Shown one piece after another: positions 47,021-56,804 of a DNA stretch of 64,000 nucleotides (position 1 is its first letter; each line of letters opens with the position of its first letter). The notes beneath the pieces were generated by a model that was not told the origin of the DNA, searched no databases, and worked only from the letters and a program-made list of their open reading frames with translations. Position numbers and translations under genes: made by a program. Source of the DNA: Clostridia bacterium (GTDB lineage: Bacteria; Bacillota; Clostridia; Oscillospirales; CAG-272); the NCBI GenBank assembly GCA_017507905.1, contig JAFWAA010000045.1:5513-69512 (forward strand), given 5' to 3'.

Positions 47021-48078
47021 TTTTGCGGAGCATTTGCCTGTGCGGCGGCATTCTGCGCGATGGTGACCATCGGCTCGGGCAGAACGGCGTAGTCCACTTC
47101 ACCCGCCGCCACGGCATCACGAAGGAGTGCGGGCGTGGAGTAAGTGGTGGAATCAATGATCACGTCCTCGCCAACGACAAGACCGTTCTGACGGCAGAGA
47201 TACGTGAAGATGAAGGTCGGATTCTGTGCGGGAACGTAGACCGTCTTGCCCTTCAGATCGGCGATCGAGGTCACGGAAGCGCCCGTGTTGTTCATCAGGT
47301 AGAGGCATCCGAGCGTGTTAACGGCCAGGATCGCGACCTTTCCGCCCGTCTTGTTGTAGAGGTTTGCGGCAGCGTTGGTGGGGAGAGCCGCGATATCGGC
47401 GTCGCCGTTGATGAGTGCGGCAAGCACGTCGGCGGCATCCGTCTTGACCGTAAAGGTATAGTCAAGCGCCGTATTGCCCTCGGCGGCGTCCTTCATCAGC
47501 TTGGCCATGCCGAAGCCCGTGGTGCCGTTGAGGGTATAGACGTTCACCTTCACGCTCGAAAGATCGGCAGAGGCGTTGGGCTCAACGGGCGTATAATAGA
47601 AGTCGTCAGCGGGCATGGCGTTGCCGATCGACGCGGGATTGATGGAGTGCAGGATCGAGAGATAGTTCTGCATGGCACTCTTCATGGCCTCTCCCTCCAC
47701 GTAGCAGACGTTGCTCTTGGGAACCGCCTTTTTGACCACGGGGGCGCTGGAGAAGATGCCTGCGTCCACCACCATCTGGGCGGCCTCGTCGGTGGACTCG
47801 TTCAGGAAGGCGATCGAAGCCTCGTACGCATTCAGAAATGCGGCAACGGCGTCGGGATTCTCCTCAAGGAAGGCCTTTCGTACCACCACACAGCCCTGAA
47901 CGAGGGAGTTTTCCGTAGTTACCTTATTCCATTCTGCCGTCAGATCCAGATCCACGGTGAGCTTGCGCTCGGGGGTCTCGGGATCAGTCGTCTCGGGGGT
48001 GCATGCCGCAAGGGGCAGGGCAAGCAGCAGAAGAGCCATCATCAACGTAAACAGCTTAAGCTTTTTCATGTTCATCAT
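47017..48078 (-). CDS. ABC transporter substrate-binding lipoprotein (NMT1/THI5-like)
   Basis: Lipobox LLALPLAAC near the N-terminus. NMT1-like periplasmic-binding pattern. Several adjacent ATGs make the exact start uncertain by up to 3 codons. Confidence 0.8.
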   Translation of the reverse strand: MMNMKKLKLFTLMMALLLLALPLAACTPETTDPETPERKLTVDLDLTAEWNKVTTENSLVQGCVVVRKAFLEENPDAVAAFLNAYEASIAFLNESTDEAAQMVVDAGIFSSAPVVKKAVPKSNVCYVEGEAMKSAMQNYLSILHSINPASIGNAMPADDFYYTPVEPNASADLSSVKVNVYTLNGTTGFGMAKLMKDAAEGNTALDYTFTVKTDAADVLAALINGDADIAALPTNAAANLYNKTGGKVAILAVNTLGCLYLMNNTGASVTSIADLKGKTVYVPAQNPTFIFTYLCRQNGLVVGEDVIIDSTTYSTPALLRDAVAAGEVDYAVLPEPMVTIAQNAAAQANAPQK

Positions 48079-48101
48079 ACCTTTCTTTGTGCATTTTGGA
48101 T

Positions 48102-48770
48102 TTATTGATATGCGTGAAGCAGAGCTTCCGTGTCGGGAATGCGGATCCTTCGTCCGTCCTTTTCGATCAGTCCGTCCTCGCAGAGCTTATCGAAGGCGCG
48201 ATAGAGCGATGCGCGACCGACGTCCAGAAGCTCGGAGAGTGCGGTGATCGAGGTATTGAGCGAAAAATCCGTGCGGGAATAGGAGCAAAGATAGAGGGCC
48301 AAGCGCCGCTCCGCCGTTCCTGCGGTGAGATAGCCGATCTTGCGGTTGAGGTAGCAGATCCTTCCCGAAAGGAAGGCGAGATACCGATAGAGAAAGACGC
48401 GGTCATTCTCCAGAAGCGCGCGAACGGCCTCCTCGGTCAGAAAGAAGACCTTGCAGGAGCCTTTTGCCCGAATGATGCTGACGAAGGGGGAGTCCAAAAA
48501 GAGATTGGCAATACCGAAGGGCTCATCGGGAGAGAGAAAGCGCAAAAGCGTTTCCTTGCCTGGGTCGGGAGTGGTGACCGTGGCCTCGCCCTTGAGGAGA
48601 ATGCCGATCCGTTTCTTGTGCACGGCGGGAGACATCAGGATCTCGCCGTCAGCAAAGGAGCAGGTGGTGCAGCCGTGCTCACGAAGGATCGCTTCTGCCT
48701 TTTCGCGATCGATCCCTTCAAAAAGGGGCATCGCCCATATTCTGTGCCATTCTTGTGCGTTCGGTGTCAT
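48102..48770 (-). CDS. Crp/Fnr family transcriptional regulator
   Basis: 222 aa. cNMP-binding beta-barrel plus a C-terminal HTH (GRASLYRAFDKLCEDGLI). GGAGG RBS. Ends 23 nt upstream of the ABC operon. Confidence 0.85.
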   Translation of the reverse strand: MTPNAQEWHRIWAMPLFEGIDREKAEAILREHGCTTCSFADGEILMSPAVHKKRIGILLKGEATVTTPDPGKETLLRFLSPDEPFGIANLFLDSPFVSIIRAKGSCKVFFLTEEAVRALLENDRVFLYRYLAFLSGRICYLNRKIGYLTAGTAERRLALYLCSYSRTDFSLNTSITALSELLDVGRASLYRAFDKLCEDGLIEKDGRRIRIPDTEALLHAYQ

Positions 48771-48799
48771 AAAATCCTCCTTTTTGTATCATTCGAGAC

Positions 48800-48828
48800 A
48801 TTATAGCACAAAATACAGGATTTGTCAA
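48800..48828 (-). promoter_or_regulatory. Consensus sigma-A promoter (TTGACA-17-TATAAT) for the crp-like gene and ABC operon
   Basis: Read on the minus strand. Both hexamers are exact, with a TGc extended -10. Confidence 0.8.
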
Positions 48829-48941
48829 TAGGATTTTCTTTTTCTTTTTCCTGTGAGCCTTCTTTTTTTGCACGGATAAGGCAGGGCGGCACTCCTATAG
48901 CAGGCGGGAAAAAGATTTTCTTGGATTTTTTCGCAAATTGC

Positions 48942-48970
48942 TTTACTTTTCGGCCTTTGTTTGCTATAAT
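48942..48970 (+). promoter_or_regulatory. Probable extended -10 promoter (TGcTATAAT) for galE-galM
   Basis: TATAAT at 48965-48970 is preceded by TGc. The -35 is weak (TTTACT). Confidence 0.45.
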
Positions 48971-49021
48971 GAAAGCAGTTAAGAGCACCGACAAAAAGCA
49001 GAATCAAGGAAGGAAATCAAC

Positions 49022-50041
49022 ATGGCGATTTTAGTGACCGGAGGAGCCGGCTACATCGGCTCCCATACCGCCGTAGAGCTGCTCGCGGCAGGAAAGGATA
49101 TCATCATCGTAGACAATTACTGCAACAGCAGTCCCCGCGCGCTGGATCGCATCAAAAGGATCACGGGCAGGGATTTTCCCGCCTACGAGGTAGATCTGTG
49201 CGACAAGGAGGCCTTGCGCGAGGTGTTTGAAAAGCACCCCGAGATCGATTCGGCCATTCACTTTGCAGGGCTTAAGGCCGTGGGCGAATCGGTGCAAAAG
49301 CCCGGACTTTACTACTATAATAATTTGGTCAGCACGCTCAATCTCGTTTCTCTTTTATCCGAGTACGATGCCAAGTGCATCGTCTTCAGCTCCTCGGCAA
49401 CCGTCTACGGAAAGCCCGAGACCGTGCCGATCCGCGAGGATTTTCCGCTCTCTGCGACCAATCCCTACGGTGAGACCAAGCTGATGATCGAGCATATCCT
49501 GCGCGATCTCTGGGTGTCGGACAATGCCTGGAGCGTTTCCGTCCTTCGCTATTTCAATCCCATCGGTGCGCACAAGAGCGGCCTGATCGGCGAAAATCCC
49601 AAGGGCATTCCCAACAATCTTTTGCCTTACGTGGCAAAGGTTGCCGCAGGACAGCTGCCCTATCTCTCGGTCTTTGGCGACGATTACGACACCAAGGACG
49701 GCACGGGCGTGCGCGATTACATTCACGTCGTTGATCTGGCAAAGGCACATCTCAAGGCACTTGAGCGTGCAAAGACGCTCTCGGGCGTGGAGTACTTCAA
49801 CGTCGGCACCGGCACGGGATACTCGGTCCTTGAGATTGTCAAGGCCTACGAAAAGGCAACGGGGCTTCACGTCGAGTACCGCATCGCCCCCCGCCGCCCG
49901 GGAGACATTGACGTATGCTACGCCGATCCGCAGAAGGCCTACGAGGTCCTCGGCTGGAGGGCAGAACACGAGCTGGACGATATGTGCGCGGATCTGGCCA
50001 ACTGGACGCGCAAAAATCCGAACGGCTACGAGGAGACCTGA
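49022..50041 (+). CDS. galE: UDP-glucose 4-epimerase
   Basis: 339 aa. VTGGAGYIGSH Rossmann motif, YGETK catalytic YxxxK, and a typical GalE C-terminus. Confidence 0.95.
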   Translation: MAILVTGGAGYIGSHTAVELLAAGKDIIIVDNYCNSSPRALDRIKRITGRDFPAYEVDLCDKEALREVFEKHPEIDSAIHFAGLKAVGESVQKPGLYYYNNLVSTLNLVSLLSEYDAKCIVFSSSATVYGKPETVPIREDFPLSATNPYGETKLMIEHILRDLWVSDNAWSVSVLRYFNPIGAHKSGLIGENPKGIPNNLLPYVAKVAAGQLPYLSVFGDDYDTKDGTGVRDYIHVVDLAKAHLKALERAKTLSGVEYFNVGTGTGYSVLEIVKAYEKATGLHVEYRIAPRRPGDIDVCYADPQKAYEVLGWRAEHELDDMCADLANWTRKNPNGYEET

Positions 50042-50044
50042 CGC

Positions 50045-51100
50045 ATGATCACCAAGCACGATTTCGGTGCACTCGCGGACGGAAGTCGCGTGCACAGCTA
50101 CCTTTTGCAACACAAAAGCGGCATTTCGCTCCGCATTCTGGAGCTTGGCGGCGCGATCATGGAGCTTTGCGTTCCCGATCGCAACGGACGCTTCACCAAC
50201 GTAGTGGCAAGCTACGACTCCCTGGCGGATTATCTTCTGGACACCACCTATTTCGGTGCACTGATCGGACGCGTGGCAAACCGCATCGCAAAAGGGAAAT
50301 ACGAGATCGACGGCAGGGAATACTCCGCCTTTATCAACAACGGTCCAAGCTCTCTGCACGGCGGAAGGATCGGCTTTTCGCACCGCCTGTGGACGGTTGA
50401 GCCGAGAGACGGAGAGGATCCCGCCCTGATCCTGACCCTGCATTCGCCCGACGGCGAGGAGGGCTATCCCGGCAATCTTGACGTCACCGTCACCTATACG
50501 CTTACGGCGGACGCCGTCTCGATCCGCTACGAGGCCGTGACCGATCAGCGTACCCCCGTAAACCTTACCAACCACGCCTACTTCAATCTCGGCGGCTATG
50601 CCTCGGGGAGCATTCTCGGACACACGCTCCGCCTTGACGCCGACCGTTTTCTGCCGACCGACGCCGATCTGATCCCCACGGGAGAGCTTCGCGCAGTCGA
50701 GGGAACCCCCTTCGATTTCCGTACGCCAAAAACGATCGGACGGGATTTTGACCTTGCGTATCCCGAGCTTGCGCTTGCCGGGGGCTACGATCATTGCCTC
50801 TGCTTTACCGCAGGGGAGACCGAGACGCCCGTTTTGCGCGCCGAGGCTTTTGAGCCGATCAGCGGACGCGTGATGCAGGTCCTGACCAATCAGCCCTGCG
50901 TGCAGCTCTATGCGGGAAATTTCCTCAAGGATCCTGCGCACCCTCTCTCCGGCGGTTATCCGCAGACGCCGCAATCGGCCTTCTGTCTGGAAACGCAAAA
51001 GATGCCCGACGCGCTTCATCATGCGCACTTTGACAATATCCTTCTCTCACCGGGGGAGCGTTACGATTACACCACGGTCTATCGCTTTTCGGTCTCCTGA
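50045..51100 (+). CDS. galM: Aldose 1-epimerase (galactose mutarotase)
   Basis: 351 aa. GGRIGFSHRLW, NLTNHAYFNLGG and GYDHCLCF motifs. Confidence 0.9.
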   Translation: MITKHDFGALADGSRVHSYLLQHKSGISLRILELGGAIMELCVPDRNGRFTNVVASYDSLADYLLDTTYFGALIGRVANRIAKGKYEIDGREYSAFINNGPSSLHGGRIGFSHRLWTVEPRDGEDPALILTLHSPDGEEGYPGNLDVTVTYTLTADAVSIRYEAVTDQRTPVNLTNHAYFNLGGYASGSILGHTLRLDADRFLPTDADLIPTGELRAVEGTPFDFRTPKTIGRDFDLAYPELALAGGYDHCLCFTAGETETPVLRAEAFEPISGRVMQVLTNQPCVQLYAGNFLKDPAHPLSGGYPQTPQSAFCLETQKMPDALHHAHFDNILLSPGERYDYTTVYRFSVS

Positions 51101-51118
51101 GCAAGAGAGACGCATTCT

Positions 51119-51153
51119 GCAGACCCTTCTATGAGCGGAGGGCCTGCTTTTTT
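51119..51153 (+). terminator. Rho-independent terminator after galM
   Basis: GCAGACCCT / AGGGCCTGC stem (one mismatch), then T6. Confidence 0.7.
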
Positions 51154-51193
51154 GCATATCCAAGGGATCATTCTCATACCATTTTGTGAGGTG

Positions 51194-52429
51194 ATGAATA
51201 TGAACGTCCGTATACTTCTGCAAAAAATTGCGCTTTTGCTTCTTCTGCTCGGGCTTTTGCTCTCTCCAACGGTCCTCTTTTCCTCTGCCGAGGAGAGCGC
51301 CGCTCCCTCCGCACAGCGCGAGGAGGAAGTTGGGGAGGTCTTTCGCTCCCCCTTTGCCGCCGAGGAGGGTGCGCTCTCGCTTGCCTGCAAGAGTGCGATC
51401 CTGATGGAGGCAGAAACCGGGGCGATCCTCTATACCCAGAATGCCGACGAGGCACTTCCTCCCGCATCGGTCACCAAGATCATGACGCTCCTGCTCGTGA
51501 TGGAGGCCATTGACGCGGGAACGCTCCGTATGGATACGCTTCTTTCGGTCTCGGCAAACGCCGCCTCTATGGGAGGCTCACAGGTCTACCTCAAGGAGGG
51601 CGAGCGCATGAGCGTGGAGGATCTGCTCAAAAGCGTGGTCATCGCCTCGGCCAACGATGCCGCTGTCGCGCTTGCCGAGGCGGTTGCGGGAAGCGTTCCC
51701 GTCTTTGTGGAGCGCATGAACCAAAAGGCCGAGCGCCTTGGCATGACCGATACGCATTTTGAGAACGTGACCGGCCTTGACGACACGGCAACAAATCATC
51801 TGACCAGTGCCCGCGATATTGCCGTCATGTCCCGCGCCCTCATCTCACACAAGGAGATCCTGCCCTACAGCTCCACCTGGATGGATACCATTCGCAACGG
51901 GGAATTCGGTCTGACCAACACCAACCGTCTCGTCCGCTTTTACCCCGGCTGCAGCGGACTGAAAACGGGATCCACCGAAAAGGCAGGCTTTTGCATCAGT
52001 GCAACGGCCGAGCGCGACGGGCTCTCCCTGATTTGCGTCATCATGGGCGCCGAATCGCGCGACGTGCGCAACCATGCCGCCACAACGCTTCTGGATTGGG
52101 GCTTTGCCGAGTACGGGCTCTATACCTCGGAGGCAGAGGACCTTGCTCCCATCGCCCTGAAGGGAGGCCTCAGCCCGTCGATCGCCTTGAAAAAGGATCG
52201 CTTTTCCATCGTCCTGCCGAAGCAGCTGTGCGGACGCGTAGAAATGCGCGTCAATCTGCCCGATGCGCTCCACGCTCCCTTATCGGCGGAGGAGCCGATC
52301 GGGTGCGCAGAGTTCCTTTTGGAGGGGAAGGTGATCGGCAATTCCCCCATCGTCACGGGAGATAAGGCCTTGCGCATCGATCTCTTTTCCATTCTGCGTA
52401 AGCTCGCGGCAAAATTTCTGTTGATCTGA
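51194..52429 (+). CDS. dacB: D-alanyl-D-alanine carboxypeptidase (S11, DacB/DacF-like)
   Basis: ATG at 51194 follows GTGAGGTG. Signal peptide. SVTK (SxxK), SAND (SxN) and KTGST (KTG) motifs. Confidence 0.88.
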   Translation: MNMNVRILLQKIALLLLLLGLLLSPTVLFSSAEESAAPSAQREEEVGEVFRSPFAAEEGALSLACKSAILMEAETGAILYTQNADEALPPASVTKIMTLLLVMEAIDAGTLRMDTLLSVSANAASMGGSQVYLKEGERMSVEDLLKSVVIASANDAAVALAEAVAGSVPVFVERMNQKAERLGMTDTHFENVTGLDDTATNHLTSARDIAVMSRALISHKEILPYSSTWMDTIRNGEFGLTNTNRLVRFYPGCSGLKTGSTEKAGFCISATAERDGLSLICVIMGAESRDVRNHAATTLLDWGFAEYGLYTSEAEDLAPIALKGGLSPSIALKKDRFSIVLPKQLCGRVEMRVNLPDALHAPLSAEEPIGCAEFLLEGKVIGNSPIVTGDKALRIDLFSILRKLAAKFLLI

Positions 52430-52460
52430 AGAAAAAAGTGAAGAAAAATGCAAAAAGCTC

Positions 52461-52489
52461 TTGTAATTCCGTCCGTTCTGTTGTATAAT
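52461..52489 (+). promoter_or_regulatory. Sigma-A-type promoter (TTGTAA-17-TATAAT) for pgi
   Basis: Hexamers and spacing counted directly. Confidence 0.6.
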
Positions 52490-52528
52490 GTGTATTGTTT
52501 ATTTCATTCCAAAAAGGACGGTTTTGCT

Positions 52529-53872
52529 ATGGCAATCAAGTTAAACGATCGGTATACCTCTACATTCCTCAGCGCAAGTGACCTTGCCTCGATCCAGCCC
52601 GCCGTTACGGCCGCAGATCAGCTTTTGCGCAGCAAGAGCGGCGCGGGAAGTGATTTTCTCGGTTGGGTCTCGCTCCCCGAGGACTACGATAAAGAAGAAT
52701 TTGCCCGCATCAAGGCTGCAGCCGAAAAGATCAAGAAGACCTGTGACGTTCTCGTGGTAATCGGCATCGGCGGCTCCTATCTCGGTGCGCGTGCCGTGAT
52801 CGAGTACCTCAAGTCTCCCATCTACAACAGCCTCAAGAAGGATACGCCCGACATCTATTTTGCCGGAAACGCCATCAGCGCAACGGCACTGAACGAGCTG
52901 CTCGTCATTTGCGAGGGCCGCGACGTTTGCGTAAACGTCATTTCCAAGTCGGGAACCACCACCGAGCCTGCCGTCGCCTTCCGCGTATTCCGCGCACTCC
53001 TGGAGCAGAAATACGGTAAGGACGGTGCAAGAGAGCGCATCTTCGTCACCACCGACCGCGCAAAGGGAACGCTGAAGCAGTTTTCCACCGATGCGGGATA
53101 CGAGACCTTCGTCGTTCCGGACGACGTGGGCGGACGCTTCTCGGTGCTGACCGCCGTTGGTCTGTTGCCCATCGCGGCCGCAGGCATTGACATTGATCAG
53201 CTGATGCTGGGCGCTGCCAAGGCAAGCCACGACTATACGGATACCGACATCAACCGCAACGATTGCTATCGCTATGCCGCGATCCGCAATCTCCTTTACC
53301 GTCAGGGCAAGGCTGTGGAGATCCTGACCGCCTACGAGCCCTCCTGCGCCATGCTCAACGAGTGGTGGAAGCAGCTGTACGGAGAGAGCGAGGGTAAGGA
53401 CGGCAAGGGACTTTTCCCGGCATCCGTGATCTTCTCCACCGATCTGCATTCGCTCGGTCAGTTCATTCAGGACGGCAGCCGCATTCACTTTGAGACGGTT
53501 CTGGATATCGCCGACATGGGCAGCAGCTTTGCGATCCCGAACGATCCTGCCAACATCGACGGACTCAACTTCCTCTCCGGCATGGAGCTGGACGACGTCA
53601 AGAAGATGGCCATGCAGGGAACCGTGCTTGCCCACGTGGACGGCGGCGTGCCCAATCTGATCCTCGAGATCAGCGAGAAGAGCGCCTTCGTGCTTGGCGA
53701 GCTGCTCTATTTCTTCGAGCTTGCCTGCGCGATCTCGGGCTATATTCTGGAGGTCAACCCCTTCAACCAGCCCGGCGTTGAGGCCTACAAGAAGAACATG
53801 TTTGCGCTGCTCGGAAAACCCGGATACGAGGATTTGCGCGCAGATTTGGAAAAAAGATTACAAAATTCCTGA
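52529..53872 (+). CDS. pgi: Glucose-6-phosphate isomerase
   Basis: 447 aa from ATG 52529. [18 protein letters not shown] and [12 protein letters not shown] motifs. Confidence 0.95.
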   Translation: MAIKLNDRYTSTFLSASDLASIQPAVTAADQLLRSKSGAGSDFLGWVSLPEDYDKEEFARIKAAAEKIKKTCDVLVVIGIGGSYLGARAVIEYLKSPIYNSLKKDTPDIYFAGNAISATALNELLVICEGRDVCVNVISKSGTTTEPAVAFRVFRALLEQKYGKDGARERIFVTTDRAKGTLKQFSTDAGYETFVVPDDVGGRFSVLTAVGLLPIAAAGIDIDQLMLGAAKASHDYTDTDINRNDCYRYAAIRNLLYRQGKAVEILTAYEPSCAMLNEWWKQLYGESEGKDGKGLFPASVIFSTDLHSLGQFIQDGSRIHFETVLDIADMGSSFAIPNDPANIDGLNFLSGMELDDVKKMAMQGTVLAHVDGGVPNLILEISEKSAFVLGELLYFFELACAISGYILEVNPFNQPGVEAYKKNMFALLGKPGYEDLRADLEKRLQNS

Positions 53873-53911
53873 TCCGCGCAGAAAAATTCATCAGAACGGC
53901 ACGAAAACCCC

Positions 53912-53940
53912 TTGACTTTGTTCCCGAAATTTGGTATAAT
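53912..53940 (+). promoter_or_regulatory. Sigma-A-type promoter (TTGACT-17-TATAAT) for the small P-loop gene
   Basis: Hexamers and spacing counted directly. Confidence 0.7.
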
Positions 53941-53994
53941 GAGCTTACAAGGACGGTCCTTACCGACCGTTTGAATTGTGGGAGGTAAAATTAC

Positions 53995-54399
53995 ATGTTG
54001 AAATTAATCGTTGGAGTCAAAGGCACGGGAAAGACGAAAACTCTGATCAATCTGGTAAACGGTGCTCTGGAGGTAACCAAGGGCGACGTCGTTTGCATTG
54101 AGAAGGGCGTCAAGCTCAGATATGACATTAAGCCCACGGCTCGCTTGGTTAACGTGGAAGAATATATGATCACCGATGCTCAGGCACTGTACGGCTTCAT
54201 CGCAGGCATCCTCTCCAGCAATCACGACGTCACCGACCTTTTCGTGGACGGAACGCTCAAGATCTGCAAGGAGCTGTCCGCCTTTGAGGCTCTTGCTCCC
54301 GAGCTGAACAAGCTTGCTTCCAAGCTGAACGTAAACCTGGTCATGACCGTCTCCACCCCTCTGGAGACCGCTTCCGAGGTCATTCGTCAGTTCGTCTGA
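53995..54399 (+). CDS. Small P-loop NTPase-like hypothetical protein (134 aa)
   Basis: GGGAGG RBS. Walker A-like GVKGTGKT at residues 7-14 and Walker B-like DLFVDG. Has its own TTGACT-17-TATAAT promoter and a strong terminator. Confidence 0.6.
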   Translation: MLKLIVGVKGTGKTKTLINLVNGALEVTKGDVVCIEKGVKLRYDIKPTARLVNVEEYMITDAQALYGFIAGILSSNHDVTDLFVDGTLKICKELSAFEALAPELNKLASKLNVNLVMTVSTPLETASEVIRQFV

Positions 54400-54429
54400 T
54401 TCCACAAACCCCGCCTTGGGGATCATCTT

Positions 54430-54471
54430 CCGCAGCTCTGCCGGACCCCCCTGCAGAGCTGCGGATTTTTT
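54430..54471 (+). terminator. Rho-independent terminator after the small P-loop gene
   Basis: Perfect 12-bp stem CCGCAGCTCTGC / GCAGAGCTGCGG, then ATTTTTT. Confidence 0.9.
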
Positions 54472-54519
54472 CATTTCTAACCGCATTTACCGAAAAAAAC
54501 AAGGAAGGGAGGCTGCGTC

Positions 54520-56730
54520 TTGATCCTCATTATTGCCGAAAAGCCAAGTCTTGGCCGAAACATCGCCGCGGGCATCGGTCCGATGCAAAAGCGGCAGGGC
54601 TATCTCGAGGGGCAGGGGTATCTCATCACCTGGGCCTTTGGCCATCTGTTCTCCCTGTGCGATATCGAGGCGTATGGCGAAAATCCCTCCGCCACGTCCC
54701 GTTGGACGATGGATAATCTTCCTTGCTTCCCGCAGGAGTTTCGCTTTGAGCTTCGCCCGGGAGCCGACAAAAAGCCGGATAGCGGCATTCAGCGTCAGTT
54801 TGCCGTGATCGAGCAGCTCTGCAACCGCCCCGACGTGGACACCATCGTCAACGCGGGAGACGCAGACCGCGAGGGAGAGATCATCGTGCGTCTGTGCATC
54901 CGTCACGCCCTCAAAACGCCAAAGACACTCAAGCGTCTCTGGCTCCCCGACCAGACGCCGCAGACCGTTGCGGCGGCTCTGCAGGACATGAAGGACGAAG
55001 AGGAGTACGATGCGCTTGCCGACGAGGGCTTTGCCCGCACCTACATCGATTGGCTCTACGGCGTCAATCTGACCCGCTACGCTACCCTCAAATCGGGAAC
55101 GCTTTTGCGCGTGGGGCGCGTGATCGTTCCGATCGTCAAGGCTATTTACGACCGCGATATGGCGATCCGCCATTTCGTTCCCGGAAAGTATTTTTCTCCC
55201 GTCAGCAAGGAGAAAACGAACGGCGAGGTCGTGGAGCTTGTCTCCAAGCATCGCTTTGAGGCGGACGAGCTGCAAAATGCGCTCGAGCTTTGCCGCCGCT
55301 ATAACCAAACGGGTGCTTACGTCAAGGACGTCAAGCAAAAGAAGGACCGTCTTTCCCCCGGCAAGCTCTATTCGCTCTCCAAGCTGCAGAACGTGCTGGG
55401 AAAGAAATACAAAATGTCCATGCAAGAAAGCCTTTCCATCGTGCAAGGGCTTTACGAAAAGGGATATCTCACCTATCCGCGTACCAACTCCGAGTATCTC
55501 GCCACGGCAGAGAAGGGAAAGATCCGCAAGATCCTCGAGAGCTGCGCAAAGATCGGCTACCCTGTGGTCTTCAAGGATCATAAGGGCATCTTCGACGACA
55601 GCAAGATCGAATCCCACTCCGCGCTGACGCCCACCTACAAGATCCCCGACAAGCATCAGCTCAGCGAGCGCGAAATGCAGGTCTATTCTACCGTCTTCCG
55701 CCGATTCGTGGCCGTGTTCTGCGCAGAGGAATGCGTGGTGTTCCGCACCGAGATCACGGTTGCCGTGGGCGACCTTGAGGAGTTCGTGCTTCGCGGCATG
55801 ACGATGCTGGAGAAGGGCTGGACCAAATACGACGATTACACCCAGCGCGACAAGCTTTTGCCAAAGCTCAACAAGGGCGATGCCGTGAACATCGACTTCA
55901 AGCCCGCCGAGAAGGAGACCACTCCGCCGAGGCACTACACCATCGAAACCCTGAACAACTACCTCAAGAATCCCTTCAAGGAGGAGAAAAAGGCCGCCAA
56001 GGAAAGCACGGAGGCCGAGGAGGAGGGAACGCAAGCCGATGACAGTGAGGATTACCGCGCGATCTTTGAGGGCCTTGAGCTTGGCACCGAGGCCACGCGA
56101 ACGGGAATCATCGATAACGCGCGCAAAAGCGGCTATATCGACCTCAAAAAGGACGTTTACACCATTCTGCCCGGGGGCGAATTTCTGATCGAATCCCTCT
56201 TGCAGATGCAGATCTCCATGGACAAATACAAGACCTCTCAGCTCGGTCAGGCTCTGAAGCGCGTCTACCGCGGAAGCATGACCGTCAAGGAGAGCGTTGC
56301 GCTTGCCGAGGAGGAGATCCGCGAGATCTTTTCCAAAAAGATCGATCCGAGCTTCGTCAAGGACTCCGAGATCGGCTTCTTTGGAGACGTGGTGGGAAAA
56401 TGCCCGCTGTGCGGAAGGGATCTGAAGCGTCAGCGCAGCTTTTACGGCTGCTCGGGCTATCGCGAGGGCTGCCGCTTTTCGGTCAATACGCGCATCTGCG
56501 GAAGAACCATCTCGATCCATCATCTCAAGCAGCTCACCGAGGAAGGGAAGACCGAAATGATCGAGGGCTTTACCTCCAAGAACGGAAACCCCTTCAGCGC
56601 CGCGCTGAAGCTGGAAAACGGACGCGCCGTTTTCGATTTTCCGCCCAAGAGCGCGTCTTTTGCCGCAGGCCGTATCTGGAGCGAGGAAGCCCCTCCGCCC
56701 CCCGACGATCCGCCTCCGGGATACGGATAA
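54520..56730 (+). CDS. topB: DNA topoisomerase III
   Basis: 736 aa. TTG start follows AAGGAAGGGAGG. TOPRIM (ILIIAEKPS, DADREGE), type IA core, and C-terminal zinc-ribbon (CPLCGRDL...YGCSGYREGC). Confidence 0.9.
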   Translation: MILIIAEKPSLGRNIAAGIGPMQKRQGYLEGQGYLITWAFGHLFSLCDIEAYGENPSATSRWTMDNLPCFPQEFRFELRPGADKKPDSGIQRQFAVIEQLCNRPDVDTIVNAGDADREGEIIVRLCIRHALKTPKTLKRLWLPDQTPQTVAAALQDMKDEEEYDALADEGFARTYIDWLYGVNLTRYATLKSGTLLRVGRVIVPIVKAIYDRDMAIRHFVPGKYFSPVSKEKTNGEVVELVSKHRFEADELQNALELCRRYNQTGAYVKDVKQKKDRLSPGKLYSLSKLQNVLGKKYKMSMQESLSIVQGLYEKGYLTYPRTNSEYLATAEKGKIRKILESCAKIGYPVVFKDHKGIFDDSKIESHSALTPTYKIPDKHQLSEREMQVYSTVFRRFVAVFCAEECVVFRTEITVAVGDLEEFVLRGMTMLEKGWTKYDDYTQRDKLLPKLNKGDAVNIDFKPAEKETTPPRHYTIETLNNYLKNPFKEEKKAAKESTEAEEEGTQADDSEDYRAIFEGLELGTEATRTGIIDNARKSGYIDLKKDVYTILPGGEFLIESLLQMQISMDKYKTSQLGQALKRVYRGSMTVKESVALAEEEIREIFSKKIDPSFVKDSEIGFFGDVVGKCPLCGRDLKRQRSFYGCSGYREGCRFSVNTRICGRTISIHHLKQLTEEGKTEMIEGFTSKNGNPFSAALKLENGRAVFDFPPKSASFAAGRIWSEEAPPPPDDPPPGYG

Positions 56731-56746
56731 CCAAAAGAAAAAAAGA

Positions 56747-56787
56747 ACGGACAGACCTCCGCGATCGGAGATCTGTCCGTATTTTAC
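56747..56787. terminator. Terminator between the convergent topB and rhaA
   Basis: Long interrupted hairpin ACGGACAGA-C-CTCCG CGAT CGGAG-A-TCTGTCCGT, then ATTTTA. An A-rich tract lies upstream. Confidence 0.8.
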
Positions 56788-56804
56788 TGTTTTCGAATGA
56801 AGGA

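Noticed and set aside
48767-49034. Small ORFs (60-75 aa) on both strands in the crp-galE intergenic region
   Set aside because: They have no RBS, overlap two divergent promoters and have AT-rich low-complexity translations. The region is fully explained by promoters and leaders.
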